From a candidate division FCPU426 bacterium (GTDB taxonomy: Bacteria; Oederibacteriota; Muellerivitia; Muellerivitales; Muellerivitaceae), in contig CAWKAR010000029.1 in the NCBI GenBank assembly GCA_963847625.1, forward strand, positions 27,360 through 91,359: DNA of 64,000 nucleotides, written 5' to 3'. The notes below the pieces were generated by a model. The model worked only from the letters and a program-made list of their open reading frames with translations, was not told where the DNA came from and did no database searches. The first letter of the stretch is position 1, and each line of letters opens with the position of its first letter. The position numbers and the translations under genes were made by a program. This document shows, in pieces, positions 22,158 through 31,833 of the stretch.

Positions 22158-23171
22158 ATGAAAAAGCTTTTTTGGACATCCATGCTTCTTTTATTTTCGA
22201 CCGCCAGGACGGCATCCGCTGATGTCTCTTTCGGCCTGCGGTCAGGCACTTTCCTCGTCACGGGGCAAACCAGCTATGACATCACCTTTTCCGGGTTTTC
22301 AACGCTTATTGTATCCGGCAAGGTTATTGGAAACTTTAACGGCGAGAGCAAGCTGGAATTCAACTTGAATGCGGACATGCTTGATATCGGGGGTGACATC
22401 ATCATGGGAAGACAGGATTTCATTGTCTCGCTGGATTTCGCTTCATCTTTTGCCGGAAATTCCCAGATCTTTCGGGACCGCGATTGGATTTATAACCCAA
22501 TCTATGATCCGGCCTACGGGATCTTGTGGGGGGACACGACATCCACTGGAATAGAGACCCCTTGCCAGATCTTTTGCCTCGGTCTAAAGAAAAGCCTGGT
22601 TTCGTTCGGGCCGGAGAACGGTTCCCATTTGAACCTCAAATTGGGCTGGGAGAACCAGCATTGGGGTGTCCTCTACATATACAATTACGCGGGGTTTTAT
22701 GGCCCATACTTTACGCACAATGGTACCACCCTGCATGTCGATGAAAATTCCTCGACCCCGATTTTAACCTATGAAATTTCCTATAACGATTATTCTACGG
22801 GTCTTGACCTGGATTCGGAAATAAGCCGGGGATTCCACGCGGGATTCGGGGCGGATATCGGAAGAAGCGATTTTAGCGACACTGACCATCACTTTATCGG
22901 GGACCGGATAATGCAAGGGATGGGCGGAGGTTTTTACGCGGACCTGGATTGCGACCTCGCCTTCGACCTTGGAGGGGGTTTTTCCCTGACAGACTACGGG
23001 CAATACAAGAATTTCTCGCCATCGGGCATACAGACCCAAAACTATTATTCCGGAATTTTTCCAGTTAGTGCCGTGGTGAACGACCAGGTGAACTCCGACC
23101 AGTTCCGCGTCGGCCTCGAGTTGTCCTTTATTTTCAATGCTGAGGGTAAAGCCTCGCGCCCGGGTTTATAA
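22158..23171 (+). CDS. Omptin-like outer-membrane beta-barrel protease, paralog of upstream gene
   Basis: SKLEFNLN, RDRDW, DTDHH; shares TSYDIT, QIFCL, QHWG, LTYEI, NDQV blocks with 21015-22034. Confidence 0.65.
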   Translation: MKKLFWTSMLLLFSTARTASADVSFGLRSGTFLVTGQTSYDITFSGFSTLIVSGKVIGNFNGESKLEFNLNADMLDIGGDIIMGRQDFIVSLDFASSFAGNSQIFRDRDWIYNPIYDPAYGILWGDTTSTGIETPCQIFCLGLKKSLVSFGPENGSHLNLKLGWENQHWGVLYIYNYAGFYGPYFTHNGTTLHVDENSSTPILTYEISYNDYSTGLDLDSEISRGFHAGFGADIGRSDFSDTDHHFIGDRIMQGMGGGFYADLDCDLAFDLGGGFSLTDYGQYKNFSPSGIQTQNYYSGIFPVSAVVNDQVNSDQFRVGLELSFIFNAEGKASRPGL

Positions 23172-23235
23172 TCCGAAGGGATTTCGGCGTTTTTGGAGGT
23201 TGTTTTTTGTTACCGCTTAATCCTAAAATAAAACC

Positions 23236-23529
23236 ATGAAAATCAACCGAGTATTGAGACTCTTTCTTTTGGTATTGATCCTGGGGACCTTCGGGTTCGT
23301 GGGTTTCGTCCGGGCGCAATCGGACGATTCAATCGCTCAAAATCCACCTGCCCAACATCAGGTTTCCCACCCTGCCAAACACAAATCCAAACTTAAAAAA
23401 CGGAAAAAGAAAAAGTCTTACACCAAGATCAGGGTCGATAACCAATCCTCCCAAGAACAGGAAAATGTCTCCAACCAGACCAGCGTATCAGACCAGGCGG
23501 ACTCGAAAGGTTCCAAAAAAGGCCGCTGA
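23236..23529 (+). CDS. Small hypothetical exported protein, Lys-rich
   Basis: Signal peptide (VRAQ), KHKSKLKKRKKKK tract. Confidence 0.55.
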   Translation: MKINRVLRLFLLVLILGTFGFVGFVRAQSDDSIAQNPPAQHQVSHPAKHKSKLKKRKKKKSYTKIRVDNQSSQEQENVSNQTSVSDQADSKGSKKGR

Positions 23530-23552
23530 AATAAAACCAATAGGAGTCAATC

Positions 23553-24134
23553 ATGTCCCGCACCCCTTCCACGATGCTTGAATTGGGAACCCCCGCGCCG
23601 GATTTTCACCTGCCCGACGTCCAAACGGGCCATAGCGTGAGCCTATCCCAATTCTCGGGGAAGAAAGCCCTTTTGGTCATGTTCATTTGCCGGCATTGCC
23701 CCTATGTCCAGCACGTCAAGGGGGAACTGGCCCGTTTGGGAAAAGATTACGCCTCCCGGGAAGTTGGAATCGCGGCCATCAGTTCCAATGATTCGGTCAA
23801 ATATCCCGACGATTCGCCGGAGAGTTTGAAACAAATGGCCAAGGAGCTCGGCCTCAATTATCCGCTGCTTTTCGATGGAACCCAGGAAACGGCCAAGGCC
23901 TACCGGGCGGCCTGCACGCCTGAATTTTACCTTTTCGACGCGCAATTCCGGCTGGCCTACCGGGGCCAACTGGACGACAGCCGGCCCGGGAACAGCCTGC
24001 CTGTCACCGGAAAAAGCCTGAGGGAAGCCCTGGATGCGGTTTTAGAGGGGAGGCCCTGTCCCTCGGACCAAAAGCCCAGCGTCGGTTGCAACATTAAGTG
24101 GAAACAGGGCAACGAGCCTGACTATTTCCATTGA
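23553..24134 (+). CDS. Thioredoxin-fold AhpC/TSA family protein
   Basis: APDFHLP, FICRHCPYV, AACTPEF, YRGQLDD, PSVGCNIKW. Confidence 0.93.
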   Translation: MSRTPSTMLELGTPAPDFHLPDVQTGHSVSLSQFSGKKALLVMFICRHCPYVQHVKGELARLGKDYASREVGIAAISSNDSVKYPDDSPESLKQMAKELGLNYPLLFDGTQETAKAYRAACTPEFYLFDAQFRLAYRGQLDDSRPGNSLPVTGKSLREALDAVLEGRPCPSDQKPSVGCNIKWKQGNEPDYFH

Positions 24135-24270
24135 AAAGCGAAAGGCCCCGGATCCGCCGCCCTTTTAACTTTATTTATTGACTCCGCTTCCCTAGAATAA
24201 AAGTTCATTCCCCATAAAAGGCAGTTTGGTTGAACGTTCCAAACCGTTTAAAAACAATGTTGGAGGAATT

Positions 24271-26898
24271 GTGAACGCGCATGCAAGCGATGGTTCAGCC
24301 CCACCCGGGCGGAGTTTAGTTGACGCCGGGGAGGCCAATCTCCAAAACGCAGTTTCCACCGCCCCTTTCATCCTTTTCGCCCTGGACCGGAACGGAATTT
24401 TTACCCTGTCCGAGGGGGAGGGGCTGAAGGCTCTCCGGCTCAAGCCGGGAGAGGTCGTGGGCCGTTCCGCCCTGGACCGAAACCAAGAGAATCCGCCTCT
24501 CATCGAGGACATTCGGCGCGCCTTGCGCGGGGAGAAATTCACTTCCACCTCTCGGATGGGGGATTTGGTTTTTGAGACCCGCTATTCCCCCCTCTCGGAT
24601 GCCGAAGGCCGGTTCAATGGCACGGTCGGAGTGGCCTTGGATATCACCGAATGGGATAAAAGGGAGGAAGTTTTCAAGCGAAGGGTGGAGTTCGGCAAGC
24701 TTATCAGCACTCTGACATCCCAATTCATCAACCTGCCCCTCGAAAAAATTGATGGAGGCATCCAGGACGCCCTCCAAACGATCGGCTGTTTTATCGACGC
24801 AGACCGCATCTACATATTCAAGGACAGCCAAGGGATTGTAGCCACCCCCGCTTTTGTGTGGTCCGCCGAGGGGGCGCCTCCCCCGGTGAATTGGCCTGAA
24901 AAATTGAAGTTGCCGGATTACCCGTGGTTTTACGACAAACTAAACCGGCTGGAGACCGTGCTGTTGAGGACTCCGGAGGATTTGCCCTCGATCGCTGTTA
25001 AGGAAAAGGAATTCCTCCAGGCCTTTGGAATCCAATCCATCGTTACCGTCCCCATGGTTTCCGCCGGGCGTTGTATCGGTTTCATGGCCATCAGCACCCT
25101 TCGAGCCCCCAAAACCTGGAATAACGACGACCTGGCTTTTTTCCGTATCGCGGGCGACTTATTTGCCAGCACGCTGGAGCGCAAGCACAACGAACTGGCC
25201 TTGAGGGAAAGCGAGGGAAAATTCCGGGAACTTTTCAACAACGCCAACGACGCGATTTTCCTTTTTCCCATCTCCGACGACGCGGTTCCCGGAAAGTTCA
25301 TGGAAGTCAACGACATCGCCTGCTCCAAGATAAGCTTCCTCCGGGAGGAGCTTCTGCGCATGACCCCCTATGACATCGCCGTTCCCGAGGATGTGAACGG
25401 GATGCCCAAACACTTCAGGACCCTTTTGCAACAGGGGCACCTGCTGGCGGTCGAAAGGTCCTATCTCTCGAAAAACGGGCTGAAGATTCCCTTCGAGATC
25501 AATTTTTACGTTTTTGAATGGAACGGCCGGAAGATGGTCCAAGCCGTCGCCCGGGACATCACCGACCGGAAAAGGGCGGATGAAACCATCCGGCACCAGG
25601 CCTATTACGACGTCCTGACGAACCTGCCCAACCGGACCCTGTTCAAGGACCGGCTGGAACAGGCCATGAAAACCGCCCGCTTCAACAACCAGATGCTGTG
25701 CGTGATCGTCCTGGACCTGGACCGCTTCAAGAACATCAACGAGACCCTCGGGCACCAGGTGGGGGACAAGCTCCTGGTGGCGGTGGCCGAAAGGCTCCTG
25801 GACGTGCTCAACGAAAACGAGACCATCGCGCGCTTCGGGGGGGATGAGTTCACCCTGCTCCTGCCCCAGGTGGGCAAAATCGAGGAGGCCACCGATCACG
25901 CCCAAAAAATCATCGAATTGCTCTCCAACCCCTTCAAGCTCAACGGCCACGAACTGCACGTGACCACCAGCATCGGCATGGCCTTCTACCCGGAGGACGG
26001 CGAAAATCCCGAAGTGCTCATGAAGAACGCGGAAACCGCCATGTACCGGGCCAAGGAACAGGGGAGGAACAATTACCAGCTTTACGCCTCGGTCATGAAC
26101 GTGAGTGCGTTCAAGCAATTGCTCATGGAGAACAACCTCCGGAGGGCCCTCGAGAAGGAGGAATTCGTCGTTTACTACCAGCCGCAAATCGACATGAGGA
26201 CCCAGCGGGTCATCGGCGCGGAAGCCCTCGTGCGCTGGCAGCATCCCGACCTGGGGCTGGTGTTCCCGACGGAATTCATCGGTCTGGCGGAAGAAACGGG
26301 ACTCATCGTCCCGATCGGGGAATGGGTGATCCGCAGGGTGTGCCTTCAAATCAAGAAATGGCAGGAAGGCGGGAACAACAAATTCTGTATTTTCGTCAAC
26401 CTGTCCGGGCGCCAATTCCAGCAGAAAAACCTGGTGAACAGCATCTCCCGGATCCTGCAGGAAACGGGCACGGACCCCCAATACCTGGGCCTGGAAATCA
26501 CGGAAACCATCGCGATGAAAAACGCCGATTTTACCATCCTGGCCTTGAACGAGTTCAAGAAAATGGGGATTCACCTTTCGCTGGACGATTTCGGGACCGG
26601 GTACTCGTCCCTGAGCTACCTGAAACGCTTCCCGTTGGAAACGTTGAAGATCGACAAGTCATTCGTCCGGGACATCACCATCGACCCGAACGACGCCGCC
26701 ATCGTTTCGGGAGTCATCGCCCTGGCGCACAGCCTGAAGCTCCAAGTGGTGGCGGAGGGGGTCGAGACGGAAGGGCAATTGACGTTCCTGAAAAACCACG
26801 ACTGCGACCATGTCCAGGGGTATTTCTACAGCCACCCCCTGCCGGTGGAAAGCTTCCTGAAGGCCATCAAGGAATTCAGCTTCCCCAAGCCTATTTGA
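24271..26898 (+). CDS. PAS-GAF-PAS-GGDEF-EAL c-di-GMP cyclase/phosphodiesterase
   Basis: ARFGGDEF, AEALVRW, DDFGTGYSS, VAEGVE intact; PAS ends ALDIT and ARDIT; GTG start after GGAGG. Confidence 0.95.
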   Translation: MNAHASDGSAPPGRSLVDAGEANLQNAVSTAPFILFALDRNGIFTLSEGEGLKALRLKPGEVVGRSALDRNQENPPLIEDIRRALRGEKFTSTSRMGDLVFETRYSPLSDAEGRFNGTVGVALDITEWDKREEVFKRRVEFGKLISTLTSQFINLPLEKIDGGIQDALQTIGCFIDADRIYIFKDSQGIVATPAFVWSAEGAPPPVNWPEKLKLPDYPWFYDKLNRLETVLLRTPEDLPSIAVKEKEFLQAFGIQSIVTVPMVSAGRCIGFMAISTLRAPKTWNNDDLAFFRIAGDLFASTLERKHNELALRESEGKFRELFNNANDAIFLFPISDDAVPGKFMEVNDIACSKISFLREELLRMTPYDIAVPEDVNGMPKHFRTLLQQGHLLAVERSYLSKNGLKIPFEINFYVFEWNGRKMVQAVARDITDRKRADETIRHQAYYDVLTNLPNRTLFKDRLEQAMKTARFNNQMLCVIVLDLDRFKNINETLGHQVGDKLLVAVAERLLDVLNENETIARFGGDEFTLLLPQVGKIEEATDHAQKIIELLSNPFKLNGHELHVTTSIGMAFYPEDGENPEVLMKNAETAMYRAKEQGRNNYQLYASVMNVSAFKQLLMENNLRRALEKEEFVVYYQPQIDMRTQRVIGAEALVRWQHPDLGLVFPTEFIGLAEETGLIVPIGEWVIRRVCLQIKKWQEGGNNKFCIFVNLSGRQFQQKNLVNSISRILQETGTDPQYLGLEITETIAMKNADFTILALNEFKKMGIHLSLDDFGTGYSSLSYLKRFPLETLKIDKSFVRDITIDPNDAAIVSGVIALAHSLKLQVVAEGVETEGQLTFLKNHDCDHVQGYFYSHPLPVESFLKAIKEFSFPKPI

Positions 26899-27349
26899 TC
26901 TTCCGGCGCAGGGCCCGCTCGATTTCCCGGTTGGCTTCTTTTTCCCTCAGCTTGTGCCGCTTATCCACCTGGGTTTTCCCCTTGGCCACCGCCAGCTGGA
27001 CCTTCACTTTGCCGGCCTTGAAATAAAGCCTCAAGGGCACGAGGCTCAGACCCTTTTCCTGGACCCTCCCGGAAAGTTTCCCAATCTCCCCCCGGTTGAG
27101 AAGGAGCTTGCGGGGCCGGGTGGGCTCGGGATTGTAGCGGTTTCCCTGCGCGTAGGGGGTAACATGCATCCCGTATAGGAAAACCTCGCCTTTTTCCACC
27201 CGGCCGAAACTGTCCTGGAGGGTGACCTTGCCCAGGCGGATAGATTTCACCTCGCAGCCCACCAGGGCGATGCCAGCTTCCACGCTTTCCATGATGAAAT
27301 AGTCGAAGTGGGCTTTCCGGTTTTGGATTGTCGGGGCTCTATCCGCCAT
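26891..27349 (-). CDS. smpB: SsrA-binding protein
   Basis: NRKAHFDY, EAGIALVGCEVKSIR, RKLLL, KGK..DKR. Confidence 0.97.
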   Translation of the reverse strand: MADRAPTIQNRKAHFDYFIMESVEAGIALVGCEVKSIRLGKVTLQDSFGRVEKGEVFLYGMHVTPYAQGNRYNPEPTRPRKLLLNRGEIGKLSGRVQEKGLSLVPLRLYFKAGKVKVQLAVAKGKTQVDKRHKLREKEANREIERALRRKIK

Positions 27350-29366
27350 GGTTCCTCGTTAAAATCAACCGCTGGAACAGCATGTCCACCGCCAGGACCT
27401 TGACTTTCAATATATCACCAAACCTCACGACCGTTCCCTGGTTTCCCTTGAGCGTGAGCGACTCTTGGTCATAACGAAGCCCGTCTTCCAGCATGTTCTC
27501 CAAGGGAAGGAATCCCTCGAGTCCGTAGGGCTCCAACTCGACATACACGCCGTAAGCGGTCATGTGCCGCACGGGGCCGGAGTAGTCCCGGCCGATCTTA
27601 TCCTGCATGAACCTCAACTGCATGACTTTTTGGCCCTCCCGCTCGGCCTTTTCCGCGGATCTTTCCCGCTCACTGCAGTGGGCCGCCAAACGGTCCAGGG
27701 CGGCGGCCTTGGAGGCGGATTCGCGGGCCTGGAAGGTTTTTTTCAAGGCCCGGTGGACCACCAGGTCGGGGTAGCGGCGAATGGGGGAGGTGAAATGGCA
27801 GTAGGATCTCAGGGCCAGCCCGAAGTGGCCGAGGTTTTTCGTTGAATAGACCGCCAGTTTCATTGAACGCAGGGCCAGCATGTTGATGAGCGGCCCCAGG
27901 GGGTTTCCCTTCACGGATTCCAGCAGGGCGCTCAAGCCCCGGGGCGTGCCCAATTCGGAGGGCTTAAAGTGAACATGGTATGCCTTTAAAAAAACGGTCA
28001 AGTCCTCCAAATCGGGGGGCTGGGGCGGCTCATGGATGCGGTAAAGCGCCGGGATGGCCTTCTGGCTGACATAAGTGGCGACAGCCTCGTTGGCCGCGAC
28101 CATGAAATCCTCGATGAGACGGTGGGTTTCCAACCGCTCCACCTTCCGGATGTCCTGAACCAACCCGTCCGGGCCCATGACCGCCCTGACTTCCGGCAGG
28201 TCGAAATCCATCGAGCCTTGTTCCCGGCGTCCGGCGCGGATGTTCCGGGAAAGCAAAAGCATATCCGCCAGCATGGAACGCAACCTCTCGTATTTCACCC
28301 GTACCGCGGGCGGCGCCGTCCCATCCAATACCTGTTGGACTTCCTCATAAGTGCCGCGCCGCGCACTTTGGATGACGGTGGGGGCGAACTCGGTGCCCAA
28401 CAACTTGCCTTCCGGGCCGTACTCCAGAAAAGCGGAAAGGGTCAGGCGGGGGACGCCTTCCCGGAGGGAACAAAGCCCGTCGGAAAGGGAATGGGGGAGC
28501 ATCGGAAGCACCCGGTCGGGCAGGTACACGCTGGTGGCGCGTTCCTGGGCCTCCTGGTCCAGAGGCGTTCCCTCGCGCACGTAATGGGAAACGTCGGCGA
28601 TGTGGACGCCCAGGCGGAAGCGGCCGGAAGATTCCCGGACGAGGGAAATGGCGTCGTCGAAATCCTTGGCGTCCGGGCCGTCGATGGTCAACACCGGCGT
28701 GTCCCGCAGATCTAGGCGGCCCTTCCAGTCCTCCTCGGACGGGTTTTCCGGAAAGTGCTTGCATTCATGCTCGACCGCCGGGGGGAATTTCTCGTTCCAT
28801 TTGTATTTTTTGACGATGGCCAGGATATCCACTCCCGGGTCGCCCGCGAAACCGAGGATTTCCTCCACGTGCCCTTTCATCCGCTTGCCCTCACCCGGCC
28901 ATTGGGTGATCCGAGCCACGGCTTTCTGGCCTTCCTTGGCGTCGGGGGGGACCTGGTCCAGGTGAACCCAGTGAATGACCTTTTGATCATCGGGCTTCAG
29001 TAAATAACCTGCCTTCGTCTTGCTCAAGACCCCAACGATCGTCGGGTGGGCCCTCTTCACGACCGAAAGGACGACCGCGGCGAACCGGTCTTCCTTGCGG
29101 GAATCTTTTGTGATCCTGGCCCGGATGGTATCCCCGCTTAAAATACCTTTCATTTCCCTGGGGGGAAGAAACGCGTCGGTGGAGCCGTCCTCCGGGATGA
29201 AGAATCCAAATCCCTTCTCGTTCCCTTGGACTATTCCGACTTTCTCAATCTGGCCCGTACTTGCCTTGGGTTTGGGTGCGTGGGATGGGGGGCCGTGGTG
29301 CCCGCCCTTTTTGGAGTGGCTTTTTTGCTTGGGATGAAAACCCTTGTTTCTATGCTTTCTTGACAA
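27339..29366 (-). CDS. rnr: Ribonuclease R (RNB family)
   Basis: KGFGF cold-shock domain, TIDGPDAKDFDDAIS, HIADVSHYV, HFTSPIRRYPDL, C-terminal S1; rnr-smpB order. Confidence 0.95.
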   Translation of the reverse strand: MSRKHRNKGFHPKQKSHSKKGGHHGPPSHAPKPKASTGQIEKVGIVQGNEKGFGFFIPEDGSTDAFLPPREMKGILSGDTIRARITKDSRKEDRFAAVVLSVVKRAHPTIVGVLSKTKAGYLLKPDDQKVIHWVHLDQVPPDAKEGQKAVARITQWPGEGKRMKGHVEEILGFAGDPGVDILAIVKKYKWNEKFPPAVEHECKHFPENPSEEDWKGRLDLRDTPVLTIDGPDAKDFDDAISLVRESSGRFRLGVHIADVSHYVREGTPLDQEAQERATSVYLPDRVLPMLPHSLSDGLCSLREGVPRLTLSAFLEYGPEGKLLGTEFAPTVIQSARRGTYEEVQQVLDGTAPPAVRVKYERLRSMLADMLLLSRNIRAGRREQGSMDFDLPEVRAVMGPDGLVQDIRKVERLETHRLIEDFMVAANEAVATYVSQKAIPALYRIHEPPQPPDLEDLTVFLKAYHVHFKPSELGTPRGLSALLESVKGNPLGPLINMLALRSMKLAVYSTKNLGHFGLALRSYCHFTSPIRRYPDLVVHRALKKTFQARESASKAAALDRLAAHCSERERSAEKAEREGQKVMQLRFMQDKIGRDYSGPVRHMTAYGVYVELEPYGLEGFLPLENMLEDGLRYDQESLTLKGNQGTVVRFGDILKVKVLAVDMLFQRLILTRNHGG

Positions 29367-29631
29367 TTTCTATTCCTTTATTGCGAATTGCTTTTCCACG
29401 GATGATTTTAAAACGACTGAGCCCTGTTTTGGGACTTTCTTCGATTCATGGCCCGGAAAATTTCGCCTTTTATCGAATGGACAATGGGAATCTGTTCGAG
29501 TGAGGAGGGGGAACCGGCAGACCTCGGGTCGGGGGAGTGGCCCTCCGAACCAACACCCCGTTGCTTTCTGGGGATTGACGTCTAATTTATAACACGAACA
29601 CTCATAAGACAAGCCCTTAGGGTGCATTTAT

Positions 29632-29810
29632 TCACGCAGCCTCCCTGTAGTAAAAGTTGAGTAATCAACCGAGACGTTGACGGCGGATGATCTTGCCGGT
29701 CGGGCTTCCCCTTGAGAGTTCCGGACTGGAAAGGGAATGGCATTCAGCCCTTGGTGCGGACGTTCCCCGTGAAAATGGGCCAGGTACTCCCGGCAAATAT
29801 TTTCAAATAT
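29632..29810 (-). pseudogene. Remnant of an integrase-core (DDE) transposase C-terminus
   Basis: EYLAHFHGERPHQGL, then in another frame KIIRRQRLG*LLNFYYREAA*, with an internal stop. Confidence 0.7.
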
Positions 29811-29812
29811 CA

Positions 29813-29876
29813 TTGACAACGTTTCCTGTAAGTTTTACTTTATATATAAGTTATACTTTTATTAATAGTTTTACTT
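29813..29876 (+). promoter_or_regulatory. Sigma70-type promoter and three operator-like repeats of the AbrB-VapC operon
   Basis: TTGACA(29813)-17 nt-TACTTT(29836); AGTTWTACTT at 29831, 29849, 29867 (18 bp period). Confidence 0.6.
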
Positions 29877-29888
29877 CGGGGGGACTTT

Positions 29889-30119
29889 ATGCTGATTACA
29901 CACGTTTCAGAAAAAGGGCAGGTGGTCATCCCTGCCGAATTCAGGGATAAATACGGAATCAAAAAGGGAACATCCGTCAAATTTTTTGAGAGAGACGGGG
30001 AGATACGCTTAATTCCCATGACCAAGCATTTGATTAGGAAAAACTGCGGGATACTCGGGACCAGGGGAAAACTCTTGAAGCTTTTGGCGGAGGATAAGAA
30101 AGCCGAGCGTGAGTTTTGA
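29889..30119 (+). CDS. AbrB/MazE/SpoVT-family antitoxin
   Basis: VSEKGQVVIPAEFRDKYGIKKG motif; overlaps the PIN gene by 4 nt. Confidence 0.92.
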   Translation: MLITHVSEKGQVVIPAEFRDKYGIKKGTSVKFFERDGEIRLIPMTKHLIRKNCGILGTRGKLLKLLAEDKKAEREF

Positions 30120-30517
30120 AACATTACGTTCTGGATGCCCATTCGCTCATTGCCTATCTGGAAGGGGAAGAGGGCAAGGAAACCGTCATTTCCATTTTAG
30201 ATGAAGTCGCGGACGGACAGGCCGAGGCTTTTCTTTGTGTCGTGAATTGGGGGGGAGTTTGGTACACGGCTTTCCGTGAAGGCGGGGAAGAAAGGGCGTT
30301 GTTATATCAAAACACCCTTTCTGAATTGGATATCCAGGTTTTGGACGCGGATAGGGAATTGACCCTTGTTGCGGCACGATTCAAAGGGTCTCATAAAATG
30401 TCTTACGCAGGCGCTTACGCCGCAGCTACGGCGAAACTTAAAAACGCTCATCTAGTGACAGGGGATAAGGAATTCAAATCGGTTGATAAAGAAATCAAGG
30501 TAAAGTGGGTTAGGTAA
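30116..30517 (+). CDS. vapC: VapC-family PIN toxin, two catalytic acids apparently replaced by Gly
   Basis: YVLDA, VNWG(G)V, SYA(G)A, LVTGDKEF. Confidence 0.88.
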   Translation: MKHYVLDAHSLIAYLEGEEGKETVISILDEVADGQAEAFLCVVNWGGVWYTAFREGGEERALLYQNTLSELDIQVLDADRELTLVAARFKGSHKMSYAGAYAAATAKLKNAHLVTGDKEFKSVDKEIKVKWVR

Positions 30518-30541
30518 TTATTTTTCACGCCCGAAATTGAG

Positions 30542-30573
30542 AAAAGCCTCCGCCTTACGGCTGAGGTTTTTTT
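30542..30573 (+). terminator. Intrinsic terminator after TA pair 1
   Basis: AGCCTC-CGCC...GGCTGAGGTT stem followed by T tract. Confidence 0.55.
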
Positions 30574-30717
30574 ATAACTGTTTTTTCGCGCTTTTTTTCT
30601 CATTAACCATTTTTCTTTCCGCTTTATTCTTATGGGATCAACTACTTGGTTGTTTCCTTCTGCCATTCGAGCTTCCAATCGGATTCCGTAGTATTTCGTA
30701 ATGTTAATTCCTTGGTG

Positions 30718-30806
30718 TGCAACCTAAAAAAGGTTGCGTGCGACCCTGAAAAGATTTTCCCATAACAGTTTTTTAGAATTTTTTTCAGTGGCACAGATTT
30801 GGCACA
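30718..30806 (-). repeat. Inverted copy of the tRNA-Gly att arm motif plus core-like palindrome
   Basis: 30788-30806 is the exact reverse complement of TGTGCCAAATCTGTGCCAC; CAACC-N7-GGTTG at 30720-30736. Confidence 0.75.
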
Positions 30807-31014
30807 CTTCATTTGAGAAAGACATGATGAAAAGCGCCGACCAACATTAACCTGCCTCCGAAAATTTAGAAGATAAACTCAGATTGAGATGAAAAACGTG
30901 CAGTAGAGTGACTCTCTAGCGCGTTCCCCCTGTTTTGCCTTGCATTGCAGGGGTGGATCGAAAAGAAGCCCTAGAGGCCGCTTCAGTAGGAATTTTTGCC
31001 GAACCAAAGAACAT

Positions 31015-31060
31015 TTGACTTTTCATTCCGGGGTGACTAAGATTTATGTGATTCACATAA
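31015..31060 (+). promoter_or_regulatory. Promoter and palindromic operator of TA pair 2
   Basis: TTGACT(31015)-17 nt-TAAGAT(31038); perfect palindrome TTATGTGA-T-TCACATAA (31044-31060). Confidence 0.65.
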
Positions 31061-31080
31061 TCACGTAAAAGGACAGAATC

Positions 31081-31314
31081 ATGAAAAGGAACCTCACCCT
31101 GGCGATTGATGAAGGCATCCTCGATCGGGCCCGCGTCGCGGCGGCCCAAAAGAAAAAGACCTTGACTGGAATGGTCCGGGATTATCTCGAGGGCATCGCG
31201 AAGGAGGACCGCGAAAGAAAGGCCTCCCTGGACCGCCTTCTCAAAGCATTTAAATCCACCCCCTTGCGGGTGGGCCGGGGTTCCTGGAGCCGGGACGATT
31301 TGCATGCCCGATAA
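31081..31314 (+). CDS. Ribbon-helix-helix-type antitoxin (DUF6364-like)
   Basis: MKRNLTLAIDEGILDRAR...SLTGMVRDYL-type pattern, WSRDDLHAR end; overlaps the PIN gene. Confidence 0.85.
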   Translation: MKRNLTLAIDEGILDRARVAAAQKKKTLTGMVRDYLEGIAKEDRERKASLDRLLKAFKSTPLRVGRGSWSRDDLHAR

Positions 31315-31726
31315 GGTTTTCCTCGATACGAATATACTGGTATATGCTTTCGACCGGGATGATGCGCGGCGCCAAAAGATCGCGGCGGAACTCATGGAAC
31401 GGCACCTCAGGAACCGCACGGGGGTCTTAAGTCTTCAAGTTTTACAGGAATTTTTCGTCGTCATAACCCGTAAAATAAAAGTCCCGCTTGATCCGTCTAA
31501 AGCCCGACAATTAGTCGCGGATTTCCTGCGCCATGATGTTGTCGAGGTCTCGGCAATCCATCTTCTGGAGGCCATGGATCTTTCCATATCGGCCAAGATT
31601 TCATTCTGGGACGCGTTGGTAGTCGTCACTGCGGCCAGGGCTGGTTGTAAAACCGTTTATACCGAGGATCTCCGGTGCGATTCAACGGTCGCGGGCGTAC
31701 GGGTTGTGAATCCTTTTAAACTTTGA
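31304..31726 (+). CDS. PIN-domain (VapC-like) toxin, intact
   Basis: FLDTNILVY, QVLQEF, SFWDAL, YTEDL, VVNPF. Confidence 0.92.
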   Translation: MPDKVFLDTNILVYAFDRDDARRQKIAAELMERHLRNRTGVLSLQVLQEFFVVITRKIKVPLDPSKARQLVADFLRHDVVEVSAIHLLEAMDLSISAKISFWDALVVVTAARAGCKTVYTEDLRCDSTVAGVRVVNPFKL

Positions 31727-31833
31727 TAAATTCCGCCTGGGCAAATATTTATTCCATAATTATTTTTGGACGATGCCAGGGAAATAAGGTAGCATAAGGC
31801 CGTTACGGCTTTTTCAAAAAGTTTTTTCCAGAC

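Noticed and set aside
25159..26574. Long antisense ORFs (471 aa here; also 19465-20358, 53659-54471, 7035-7871)
   Set aside because: Shadows of high-GC3 genes on the opposite strand with no motifs
26891..29620. tmRNA gene beside smpB
   Set aside because: No tRNA-Ala-like ends or tag frame recognised
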